64,000 nt of DNA from Macrostomum lignano. Lineage: Eukaryota. The stretch lies in contig NIVC01002324.1 of the NCBI GenBank assembly GCA_002269645.1, forward strand, positions 1 to 64,000, written 5' to 3'. Shown here one piece after another: positions 1 through 20,256 of this stretch. Each line of letters opens with the position of its first letter. Position 1 is the first letter of the stretch. The translations under genes and the position numbers were made by a program. The notes under the pieces are model-generated. The model was not told the DNA's origin, ran no database searches, and saw only the letters and a program-made list of their open reading frames with translations.

Positions 1-455
1 CTCACTGATCACCTGGTCACTCGCTGATCACCTGTCACATCAACTGATCACCCTGTTCCCATCACTGATCACCTGGTCACTCGCTGATCACCTGGTCACT
101 GGCTGATCACCTGGTCACTCACTGATCACCTGGTCACTGGCTGATCACCTGGTCACTCGCTGATCACCTGGTCACTGGCTGATCACCTGGTCAATGGCTG
201 ATTACCTGGTCACTGGCTGATCACCTGGTCAATGGCTGATTACCTGGTCACTCACTGATCACCTGGTCAATGGCTGATCACCTGGTCACTGGCTGATCAC
301 CTGGTCACTGGCTGATCACCTGGTCACTGGCTGATCATCTGGTCACTGGCTGATTACCTGGTCAATCATTTATCACCTGTTCCCTCACTGATCACCTGTT
401 CCCTCACTGATCACCCGATCATTCACTGATCACCTGGTCACTCGCTAATCACCTG
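1..455. repeat. 19-nt minisatellite (CTGATCACCTGGTCACTGG), intronic
   Basis: Tandem 19-nt units visible from base 1, degenerating towards about 455, just before a TAG acceptor at 463-465. Confidence 0.9.
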
Positions 456-465
456 ATCTCATTAG

Positions 466-2373
466 GCTTTGATGAGAATGACTTTGAGCAAACCCATGCC
501 AAATCCGGAACCGCAGGCCTCCGGAACATCCGCTGGTGACGTTTTCACCTGTTTGTGGCAAGCGACGGACGCGAGCGCGGGCGGTAGCTCACGCCACTGT
601 CTGCCGTCAACTGGAGCGCCGCTTGAAAAGCCGCGCCGTTTTTCACCCGGCGCCATCTTGGGCGCCAAATTCGTTGGTCTATCGAGCGCACAACAGTAAG
701 AATGGCAAGTCACCGGTGACTGCCGTAGCATTCGCGCGTCAGAGCTGTCTCCTAGCAACCGGGGCAGCCACGATCGACGAGTCACGGTAGCGGATTGGTG
801 CCGTCTTGTTCAGCTGATGTCAGTTGATGACGGGCACGGATCCTGGGTTGTGGGCTTGCGCTGGAGCCGCGACGACCGGTGTCTGGCGTCCTGGGCTGAG
901 CACGACTGCGTCAGGCTGTGGCGACGGCGAGCACCCGACGGTGAAGGCGGCGAGAACTCCAGCTCGGAGTTGGACTACTCGATGGAGTCCGAAGTTGTAG
1001 CTGATTTGGAGCGAATGTGCAGCGTGTTCTGCTGCAGGTATAGGACTGCTTGATGCTGATCAGCATCCTGAGTACCTCTGAATCACTTTCTGATAACCCA
1101 GCTACACTTTAAACTACTACGAGTTATGATCTCTTGAATTGCCTACTAACCATCCAGTCGCTTTCTTTTCTATTTCTGATAAGCTGGTCGCTTCTTGATC
1201 ACCTGGTTTCATCCTAAGCACCTGGCTACATCCTGAACACTTGGTTACTCCTTGAATACCTGCATGGTTACATAGGAGTACTGATCACCTCGTCACTTCC
1301 TGATGACCTGGTCTCTTTCTGGTCACCTAGTCTCTTCCTGACCACCTCCTGGTCTTTTCCTGACCACCTGGTCCTTTCCTGATCACCTGGTCCTTTCCTG
1401 ATCACCTGGTCCTTTCCTGATCACCTGGTCCTTTCCTGATCACCTGGTCCTTTCCTGATCACCTGGTCCTTTCCTGATCACCTGGTCCTTTCCTGATCAC
1501 TTGGTCTCTTCCTGGACACCTGGTCTCTTCCTGACCAACTGGTCCTTTCCTGAACACCTGGTCTCTTCCTGATCACCTGGTCCTTTCCTGATCACCTGGT
1601 CCTTTCCTGATCACCTGGTCTTTTCCTGATCACCTGGTCCTTTCCTGATCACCTAGTCCTTTCCTGATCACCTGGTCCTTTCCTGATCACTTGGTCTCTT
1701 CCTGGACACCTGGTCTCTTCCTGACCAACTGGTCCTTTCCTGAACACCTGGTCTCTTCCTGATCACCTGGTCCTTTCCTGATCACCTGGTCCTTTCCTGA
1801 TCACCTGGTCCTTTCCTGATCACCTGGTCTTTTCCTGATCACCTGGTCCTTTCCTGATCACCTAGTCCTTTCCTGATCACCTGGTCCTTTCCTGATCACT
1901 TGGTCTCTTCCTGGACACCTGGTCTCTTCCTGGACACCTGGTCTCTTCCTGGACACCTGGTCTCTTCCTGGACACCTGGTCTCTTCCTGGACACCTGGTC
2001 TCTTCCTGGACACCTGGTCTCTTCCTGATCTCCTGATTACATCCTGAGTACCTACCTGGTTACATCTTGATATTTTTGTTCGTCACCTGCATATTTCCTG
2101 CTCGATCGATTAATAATCTGTTCTTTGTGTTAAAATAACTTGCCTCACTCACTGGTCTCTCATCATCCTGGCTACAGTGTGGACTCGCCGCATTCGGCAG
2201 CGGTCACAGTTGCCGGCAGCTCCTCGGATGGCACAGCGGCAGCGGCTCGCGAGAAGTTTCAGCTGGACGACCGAGACTTGGCCGCGCTGTCCTCGGGACT
2301 CGAGGATCGGGACAGCGCAGGCGGAAGTGACGACCAGGATGGCAGTCAGGCAGATGACGCTGAATTTGATTGA
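466..2373 (+). CDS. WD40-repeat protein, last two exons (about 466-1037 and 2178-2373); 5' part lies outside the window
   Basis: WD40 signatures SPVTAVAF..LLATG/SHDRRVTVADW and GHGSWVVGLRWSRDDRCLASWAEHDCVRLW. Donor CAG|GTATAG at 1037/1038 and acceptor CTACAG| at 2177/2178 join in frame (AG+T=Ser) to give VFCCSVDSPHSAAVTVAGSSSDGT, another WD40-like blade. Stop TGA at 2371-2373. The 466-764 part needs a frameshift or a small intron (see findings). Confidence 0.75.
1370..2030. repeat. 19-nt minisatellite (TCCTGATCACCTGGTCCTT) in the WD40 intron
   Basis: Period 19 (GATCAC at 1381, 1400, ...), with variant units CTGGACACCTGGTCTCTTC. Confidence 0.9.
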
Positions 2374-3159
2374 TTGAGTATTTTGTTATTCCGTTCTACA
2401 TAGCAGTGGAATTTTAATTGGAGGTGCTGCAACCCTAAGGGGCGTCAATACTTATGGTGTCTTGGTGGGGTGGGAGCCCAGCTGTCTGTAGGTCGGCGCC
2501 CCTGTCCTTTGGTGGGTGGGCGCCCCTCTTAATTACAGTTGGGTTCGCGAGGAAAGGCTCAAATCTCGCGAGACCCTCGCGAGATTTCGCGAGAATCTGT
2601 GTGTAACTCTCTCTCCATTGGCTGAGCGTTTATTGAGCTTGTAGGCTGAATCGAGAGAGAAAACCCCCTGGGGATGGGATAGTTGGGGTTGGTGCATGCA
2701 TGGTGTGCGAAATGGGGGGGGGTTCAGGGCTTGTACGAGCTCACAGAGATTTGCTTGATATATTTCGGAGTGTAGTTATATAAATAGTCTCAAAGCAGTG
2801 AAAATTGTTGCCTAGAAAGTTGCATACTAAGATTCTCGTAATCGTTATACAATTAATTTTAAATTAGAATTTTGAGATTTTTGTTGAATAACAGCAATGA
2901 GTACTTTGATGTTAACATTAATGTAAAAATTCATTAATTCCAGCGAACGGCGAAGTGAAAAATTTTCGTTTTTTATGCAGTTTACAATGTTAATTACAAA
3001 ATAAGTAGTGAGCAACATGACAATGGAGGGATAATATGGTGTGCACCGTCAAGGGTTTCCAGTTCATTCATCTGCCGACAGTTCGTCTTGTAAAACAAAA
3101 TGTTTTACAATATACACCTAAAATAAGAAAGCTTAACTTAAAACCCAATCTCGAACTTC

Positions 3160-3492
3160 CTGAGTGTGAGCGAGTGAGAGAGTGAGTGGGAGTGTGAGCG
3201 AGTGAGAGAGTGAGTGGGAGTGTGAGCGAGTGAGAGAGTGAGTGTGAGCGAGTGAGTGACTGTGAGTGAGTGTGAGCGAGTGAGAGAGTAAGTGTGAGCG
3301 AGTGAGTGACTGTGAGCGACTGAGTGAGTGAGTGAGTGAGTGTGAGTGAGTGAGTGTGAGCGAGTGGGTGATTGTGAGCGACTGAGTGAGTGTGAGTGAG
3401 TGAGTGTGAGCGAGTGAGTGAGTGTGAGCGAGTGGGTGAGTGTGAGTGAGTGAGTGAGTGTGAGCGAGTGGGTGAGTGTGAGTGAGTGAGTG
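3160..3492. repeat. Compound (GAGT)n/(GT)n microsatellite
   Basis: Direct inspection; explains the ORFs at 3133-3665. Confidence 0.9.
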
Positions 3493-4289
3493 ATTGAAGT
3501 TAATTTGCAAGCTAAGTCATTATAGTGAGTTCTTTGCGTGCTGTTTTTATCGCTATACAAACCGAAACAATAGGCCAAAAGTTGGAACTGAAAAAGACTG
3601 ACAAAAGATGACGATATGTGACTTTTAAGGTGAGCTGTTATAAATATATTTTTATTACGATGCAAGCCAGTCAGTTATTTAGACTATAGTCTGCTTTTCA
3701 ATCGTACCAGTAGGCCAAAATTGAAAAAAAGTTACTCTAGGGTTGGATTGTGTGTAACGATCCACAGTCACAATCAATGCGCATAAGGAGAAAGGGGGCT
3801 TGACGACAGTGACCATAAATTAACTCTGCTCATTCAAGCTTGAATTGACAGCCACCCCGCCCACCTTTTCGAAGTCCCAAAGTCTGAACCATGGAGCACG
3901 GTATTTGCAGTAGACTGTTATAGTTTGATCCCCATTCCCCATTTGTTCAGAGAATAAGAAAGACTTGGCTGACTTCGGACTATTCGAATACTCTATTCGG
4001 ACTATCGTAAAATAGAGGCTCTGTGGACAAATAAATAACTCACCCTGGTGAAGGATTGAAACGAATAAGGGCGAGCATCATAGCTTGCTTTGCCTCAAAC
4101 CGGCTAATAGGACTGGGTAGTGAAACTGCCTGTCGGTATACACCAACAAGAGGGTGCCTTAGCTCCGAGAACACCCACCCCATGGCCCCGCACCGAGCAA
4201 ACTACGAGCGTAGCTGAGAGTCCCCGTGTTACAAACAAGAAGCAGGCAAACAAGCTTAAAATCCTGAGGGAAGTCCTGACTGTAACATG

Positions 4290-4817
4290 ACAGAGGGCAG
4301 TACGGAAAAATATTATCTATAAATTTGTTGCACATCTGAACAGCCAGTAGCTTCCAGAATTCTTCAATTCCATCGGCCAGTGCTTGCTCCGTCTTTGGCT
4401 TGATCTTCTTTTCCAGATGATCCTTGAGGTGGCTCCACAGAATAGCCAAATGGGTTGCTTTTCAACTTTATCATCTGGCAATACTGTGTTGTTGTTCGAA
4501 CCCAACCCAGCAGTCGCCGAATTCTCTTCATTGTGCAGATAGAAAGGCGCAAACCAAACTTTAATCTCACCCTATTGCACAAGTCTTGAGCTGAAACTTG
4601 GCCCATGGCGTCAAGCAGCGCATCGATGAAGCCCCATTTTCGGGGCAGAGATTTATCCTTGCTAATTTTTGTCCTTGACAGAGTAGGATGGCGCCTGATG
4701 GCACGCCAGGAAGACCTGAATTTCGCTACTAATTTCAGCTACACTTCTTTTCTCTAAGTAAAACTTTGACAGGAGATCAATACGTTGCTTGTCCGTCAGG
4801 CGACGTCCAATCTCCAT
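4290..4817 (-). pseudogene. Tc1/mariner (IS630-like DDE) transposase remnant with frameshifts and a deleted catalytic core
   Basis: Three out-of-frame pieces: an N-terminal HTH (MEIGRRLTDKQRIDLLSKFYLEKRSVAEIS, ATG 4817), a second HTH (VSAQDLCNRVRLKFGLRLSICTMKRIRRLLGWVRTTTQYCQ), and the C-terminus NP../AILWSHLKDHLEKKIKPKTEQALADGIEEFWKLL..CNKFIDNI, which matches the Tc1 pattern LNPIENLW..LK. The DD part between YCQ and NP is missing. Confidence 0.8.
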
Positions 4818-4866
4818 TTGCAAGCTTCGTGAAATTGCTGTTAGTCTTCCTATTAGCTGTGTCAGA

Positions 4867-5038
4867 CAGGCGCGGATCCAGAAAATTTTTGAGGGGGGGG
4901 GCAACTATAGATATACCAAACACTACAACCCCATATTGGAAAGTAGACCTGGCATAGAAGCAGGCCAAAAAAGTATGATCAAAATTTCTTTGGCCGCGGC
5001 CATGGCCCCCTTGGCCCCCCCCTCTGGATCCGCCCCTG
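4867..5038. mobile_element. hAT-type MITE, 172 bp, with 8-bp TSD GTGTCAGA
   Basis: TIRs CAGGCGCGGATCCAGA / TCTGGATCCGCCCCTG. Identical GTGTCAGA at 4859-4866 and 5039-5046. Confidence 0.9.
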
Positions 5039-7728
5039 GTGTCAGACAATGAATTTTCGATGGGAAAAACAAGAAAGGGTTTGCCATAAAAAACTATGAG
5101 AAACTGTTAAGGTGGACGCCGAAAAAGCGGGCAACCTCAATAAACAACCCACCTCAAACAGCGCTCAATCTTACTCTCCCCAGTTAATGGCTCAGCCAAT
5201 GACGAACGAGTTACACACAGATTCTTGCCATAAAAAGGGTAATCAAAAATAGCATTGATTTTCATGCTTTTAAAGTTTATTTTAAAGCTTTTTTTAACTT
5301 GTCTCTTCGGTTTGTTTTGCAAGCAGCGAATATATGTTGTAAAATTATTTGTTATATCTTAATAATATTTTGAAAACACCGGAAAACTTTTTCAACATGT
5401 ACGTACTTTTTATTTGCGCACTATTATTTTTGCTGATTAAAAGCACACCTTATTGTTTTTGCGTAGCTTTATGTTTAAAAATTTTGATATTTTTATTCCA
5501 CATGCAGATGTAGATGTTTTTCCAATGCTTTTTTTGCGTGACCTCATATAGTTATTTTTATATGACTCTTCGGAAATACACTTGTATACATACGAGCTAC
5601 TGATATGGAAATGTATATGATTATATTATATGTACATATGTACTCGTATGTTAGCCCGATCCGAAGAATATTCAACATAAGTTAGTTTATGTTTTGTTCT
5701 CTTCAGTGTCACTTTTAAAAAGCTCAACAAAACCATTAAACATTTGGATTTGTTTTCATTTTATGCTCTCTATATAGATATAAATTAAATTAGTTTTTGA
5801 AAAAAGAAGTATTAAAAGTGTGTACAGTGTTATATTTGAATTAAGACTTTATAATTGTTAAAGCTTTTGACATAGAATTGACATGGACTCGAAAATATAC
5901 ATAGCTTGAAAAATAAATTTGCTTTCCGTGAACAAAAAACAGTTCAGAGCTCGGGGTTGTGACTGCGCTAAAATATAACAAATATGTGCTACTTACTGTG
6001 TCGTATGCAGCAAAACTACATATAGGGTTCTACAAACATTTGTGCTTGAAAATGATAATAAAAACTTTTTGAAAATAAGCTTGAGTATAATTCAAGAGTA
6101 TAATTAGACCATGAAAAGCTGACTAAAAAGGCTAGAGTTAAAATGAGAAATTTACAAATTTAAATGGAGCCGTTTGTGTAAAATCTAATCTGGTGCATAC
6201 TGATGGAAATTCTGTGTACTACTTTGCAATCGGTTAACAATTCATAACCGTTCTGTGTACAATAAATGTGATTTACTTCTAATTAAAAAGAGATTGTTGC
6301 AGAATAATAGTTCAAAGCGACTTAGGGTCATATCGAAAATAGAGAATTAACCACACTAGAGTGGCGTACTCAGGATAGGCACTTTTTTAGTATTCACGAA
6401 ATGTACATACCATTATCGCTAAGCTTTGAGAACTGCTCACACTTGGCCTCAGGACGCACCCGTACTCTAATCTCCCAGAAAATCCACTGCCACTTCCTGG
6501 CAGAGCGGAGTCTCCGTCTCTGGGAGTGCACTAGCTCAGCCTCAGCCTCCCCATCGCCTCATCTCGGACAAGCCCCACTCTAGTATCTGTTCTGAGCTCC
6601 CTAATTCTCCTTCCCTTGTTGGGACACAATCTCCCCATCTGCCAGCTCACCCGCTCTCCTCTCTGCCCATGCAGGATCTTGAGCTTCATCCGCTGAGTCC
6701 AGAGAAGTTGTAATCGGGATTAAATTAACAAAAGCCTCATACGCGCAAACAAACTTGAAAGACAAACAGCAAGCCTGCGAATGCGTGAACGATTTGCACA
6801 ATGAAAATGAAGGGCCTTGTAGTAAATGATGGGTTCGTGATGAAGACTCGTCAGGTGCTGCAATAAAACTGTACATGTGTTGCGAATGGAAACGAACAGC
6901 AATGCCAAAATGTCCAAAATGATATGTGAAATTATCATTAAAATCTGGATATAACGGCGTACGCACAGGTCTTGCTTTATACGAGAGTATTTGGGGAGCT
7001 TTTGAAATTTCGAGTTTTAACTCTCAACTGAGCGTCAAGTGAGACAAGTAGACGCTGCTCCCCCACTTGCACTCAAGGACTTATTAAGTTGAAGGACAGG
7101 AGGCAGGCCCAGTGCTGATCTTTTTTTATATGTTTGCCTTTTTGTTATAGCTCCATTGATATTCCCGAAACTTTTCGTTCAGAAAAATAGGATTCTATTC
7201 ATAATTTTTATTCTACTTACATTTGTAGATGTCCTGTGTCTAAAAACCATTAAAGTGGCACGGCTCGGCTCATTGGTTTTTAAAAAATCTATTTTGTCAT
7301 TCTTTGCTGAGTTTGTAACGATATTTCTAACAGAGATGATCAAATCCACTTCTAAAACCAAAGAGTCGAGTTGTGCCATGCATTTTTATGATCTCTGGAT
7401 AGTAAACAGAATCCTAATTTTCTGAACAAGAAGCTTCATGAATATCAATAGAGCTATAAGAAAGGCACAACATATCAAAAGATGAACATTGGGTCTGCCT
7501 CCTATCAAAAGCAATAACTATTTTTGCGCTGAAAAAGTGAAAACTTCCTATCTCCGTTGTGTATTTTTCGGAAAAACCGGCCTCCTAAAATTTTCCAAGA
7601 AACAATTTTTCCCGTCCTTCTAGTTGAGTGTCGTCCTTGCTTGCACCGCGTATGGCAAAGATAAATGAAAATTACTAAATCTCAAACCAATCAGTTCGTC
7701 CTACTACTCAGCCAGTCTCTCTCCTTCA

Positions 7729-16556
<8,828 letters not shown>

Positions 16557-17679
16557 CGCGACACGACCTCGGGTAGAAGATGACACCTTTCCTGATCTCC
16601 TGGGTGGCTGGGCTAAGCTTGCTAGTCGGGAGATTCAGCCTCCTGCACCGCCCCTGTACCAGGAGACCTTTTGGCTGCGTAGTGGCTCCGGAGCGACAGG
16701 GCAAGTAAGATGAGGAAGGGGGCTGGGGCGGATTCCAGCTATAGGGAAGCGATTAAGCCTTGGTCCCAGGAAGGAAGGCTTGTCTGGCCAAAACTGGAGC
16801 TTGAACGAAGTGCGTCATTCAGTTTTATCTTGCCTTGGAAATGGCCTTTCCCTCTGCCCTGGTTTCCCGCTCCTCTCTCCCCCTCTGTCCTCTCCCCTGT
16901 TTCTCTCCCTTCTCCTCTTGACACCGCGGTCGGGTTAGCGCTGGGTTAGACAGGGAGGGCCCGGGGAGAGAGGACACGACAGTGCGAGAGAGACGGAGAG
17001 GAGCGCGAAGGACATGCGAAGGGGGAGGGTGCAGCGCCCACCTCCTCTTCCCGCCCGGCCTGGCCCGTGTGCGCAGCTGACTCGACTGACTGCCCTCAGG
17101 CTCAAACTATAAACACGCGAACTGGAGAGGCCTTCGGGCTGGCAGTAGCTTAACACACCTATCGTACGTGCATTAATAACTTTACCATGCAGTCTTTAGC
17201 CTGCTTGATTTAGCATTTTATTACCCTGCCGTAATTGAAACTGTTAACTAGTTAATTGTTTTATTATTGCGTTTATCTTAGAGTGGTTATGTAGCAGCGT
17301 GAGGTAGGTGGGCAATAAAAGCATGATTTAACCGGAATGTACATCTGACCCACTCTGTTAAAACATCGCTGTTCCGGATTTAGGAGATTTAAAAAAATGT
17401 TTTTATCACAGTCCAGGGTTAAAGCAGCCACTTATTATCGAACGCCTGATTTCTGATGGATTTTACAATCGGAAGTGAAACAAACTTGCAGCAATCATAG
17501 TTCACCAGCTTGCCGAGTTTCCTTCATCAATATTTACTCTGACAGTCGATGGTTAGGGAATTTCATTTTTAACAGAAAGCAAGTAGTTGATTTGAATAAT
17601 GATGGAAATGCAATAATGTGAGGTTGACCGATTTTCCTCTGCTAGGAAATCGTTGAGTTGAATGCATGTTGTGACGTGT

Positions 17680-18020
17680 AGATAAGGGTTTGTGAGGTGT
17701 AGATAAGGGTTGTGAGGTGTAGATAAGGGTTTGTGAGGTGTAGATGAGAGTTGTGAGGTGTAGATAAGGGTTGTGAGGTGTAGATAAGGGTTGTGAGGTG
17801 TAGATAAGGGTTTATGAGGTGTAGATAAGGGTTTGTGAGGTGTAGATAAGGGTTTGTGAGGTGTAGATAAGGGTTTGTGAGGTGTAGATAAGGGTTTGTG
17901 AGGTGTAGATAAGGGTTTGTGAGGTGTAGATGAGGGTTTGTGAGGTGTAGATGAGAGTTGTGAGGTGTAGATAAGGGTTTTGAGGTGTAGATAAGGGTTT
18001 TGAGGTGTAGATAAGGGCTG
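17680..18020. repeat. 20-21-nt minisatellite (GTGAGGTGTAGATAAGGGTTT)
   Basis: Direct inspection. Confidence 0.9.
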
Positions 18021-18509
18021 TGAAGGGTAAATGAAAGACCCGGATAATATTCTGATAGTTACTAAAATTTATTAAATCATCTGTCTCTCAGCTGCGCAAA
18101 TCAAAATGCAGTTCCACTCCGAATTATCGCGATTGCGTAACAGCTCGCAGTGGGTGGTGTAAAATTCCCCCGAAAGAAAAAGCTTTGCAGTAGATCCGAA
18201 TTGCAACTGAGTTAAAATATAAAATCCCTTAATGCCTGCTCGCCAGTCTATCACATGCTCTTCCTAATCCCAAGCCTACTTTATCATTGCTTCCATCCCG
18301 GTGTTGCCTCCCCGAGGCTGCCTGCCGCTCCATCACTCAATTTGTGGCCGCATGCGCAGCTGCAGATGTCAGCCCTGGATGCTGGGAGGCTGCGATCTCA
18401 TTCCCTGTGGCTGCTCGTTGGAAAAGGTTCGGAAAAGAAATTCTGCTCATGGCTATTCTGCTCATGGCCGATGGTTGTTAGGGGTAGACGTAGCGCTGTA
18501 GTTGGGAGC

Positions 18510-18760
18510 AGCTCTATTTGGAAGTGGCGCCAGTTGGAACTGACACTAGCTGGAAGTGGCGCTAGTTGAAAGTGGCGCTATTTGAAATTGAGGCTATTTG
18601 GAAGTGGCTATGTGTGGAAGTGACACTAGTTGGAAGTGGCGCTAGTTGGAAGTGGCGCTAGTTGGAAGTGGCGCTAGTTGGAAGTGGCGCTAGTTGGAAG
18701 TGGCGCTAGTTGGAAGTGACGCTAGTTGGAAGTGGCGCTGTGTGGAAGTGGCGCTATTTC
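18510..18760. repeat. 16-nt minisatellite (TTGGAAGTGGCGCTAG)
   Basis: Direct inspection. Confidence 0.85.
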
Positions 18761-19214
18761 GCATGGGCGTGACTCTATTGGCAAGTTCATCAGTCCTTGA
18801 ATGCAGGTAGTAATTAACACCAAATTTCACCATCAGTTTTCAGCAGTGCAAATTCTCAATCCAGTTTCAACTTGGTTCAACTGCCCACTTGTAACTGTCA
18901 ATCAAGCAGTTATTAACAAGCTTTCACTAAATAGCTCTGGGCAGTGTACACGCAGTCCTGTGCATTCTATCATGTGCGCAGTTACACAATAATTAGCTGG
19001 GTAACTTGACTCTTTCTAAGCGTGGGCCAGGATTAATGGAACTGAGTATTCTTCTATAGGCGAGTGTAATAAGCCAATTTCTTTTCAACTCTAGTCAGAA
19101 TAAAAAAATTGGTTAAGAATAGTCGCAACTTGCTACTCAATCAGTTACGGATCAAGGCTTCTTTTTCTACTTGATGTAGGTCTAAGCTGTGAGGGTCATG
19201 GTTTCAGATTTGAG

Positions 19215-19695
19215 AGCCTGGGGCGCCGTTGTGGGGTGCCATTGGAGGCTCCGTTGGGGGCGCCGTTGGGGGCACCGTTGGGTGCACCGTTTGGGGGTGC
19301 CGTTGGGGGTGTGTCGTTGGGGTGCCATTGGGGCGTCGTTGGGGGCGCCATTGGGGGCTCCGTTGGGTGCTCCATTGGGTCGCTTAGTTGGGGCTCCGTT
19401 GGGTGCTCCGTTGGGTGCTTAGTTGGGGCTCCGTTGGGTGCTCCGTTGGGTGCTCCGTTTGAGGCATCGTTGGGGGCTCCGTTTGAGGCGTCGTTCGGGG
19501 CGCCGTTGGGGGCGCCGTTGGGGGCTCCGTTTGAGGCGTCGTTGGGGGCGCCGTTGGGGGCTCCGTTTGAGGCGTCGTTGGGGGCGTCGTTGGGGCTCCG
19601 TTTGAGGCGTCGTTCGGGGCGCCGTTGGGTGCTCCTTTGGGTGCTCCGTTGGGGGCCCATTGGAGGCACAGTAAGGGGCGCCATTAGGGGCCCAC
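19215..19695. repeat. GC-rich 12-nt minisatellite (GGGGCGCCGTTG / GGGCTCCGTTTG variants)
   Basis: Direct inspection. Confidence 0.8.
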
Positions 19696-20256
19696 CAGTT
19701 GGAATGCAGCAGCTGATAGCGCTCCTGTTGCAACGGTGAAAGAATCTGTCACAGACATCGCAGCTCAGGCGGAGTCAAAAAAAGCAGCCCTGAGCCTACC
19801 AGTCTCGGAGTGTCTCAGCGCCAGTTGGTTTTTTCACTTTTCCCGATAACCGGGGCCGAAAAAAAACTAATTTTGCGCCGACTGCCTGCAATAGCAATGT
19901 TCGAGCGCTCCGAAACCCCGAAGGACCAAATCTCTCTCCGCTCCACCCTCCCCTCTCTCTGTCCCTCTCTGCCTCGCCCTGTCTGCCGCACCTGTTAACA
20001 GCTCATAACCACTCAGCGATCCATTTTGCAATCTGGCAACTTTGTTTCAGTTGCTCCTAGCAACAGAGAGAGAGAGAGAGAGGGAGCGGGTGGGACGTTG
20101 ATAAGGTATCGTAATTTCCTAAGCACTGGACATGCATCAGTACACCTATATATGCGGCATGAACCCGAGAGAATAAGGACTCGGTTTGTCCCTGTCTGTA
20201 TGACTGCTTCTAAGAAAACGCTGCCCTATCTATCAATCTATAACAAAATTTACACA

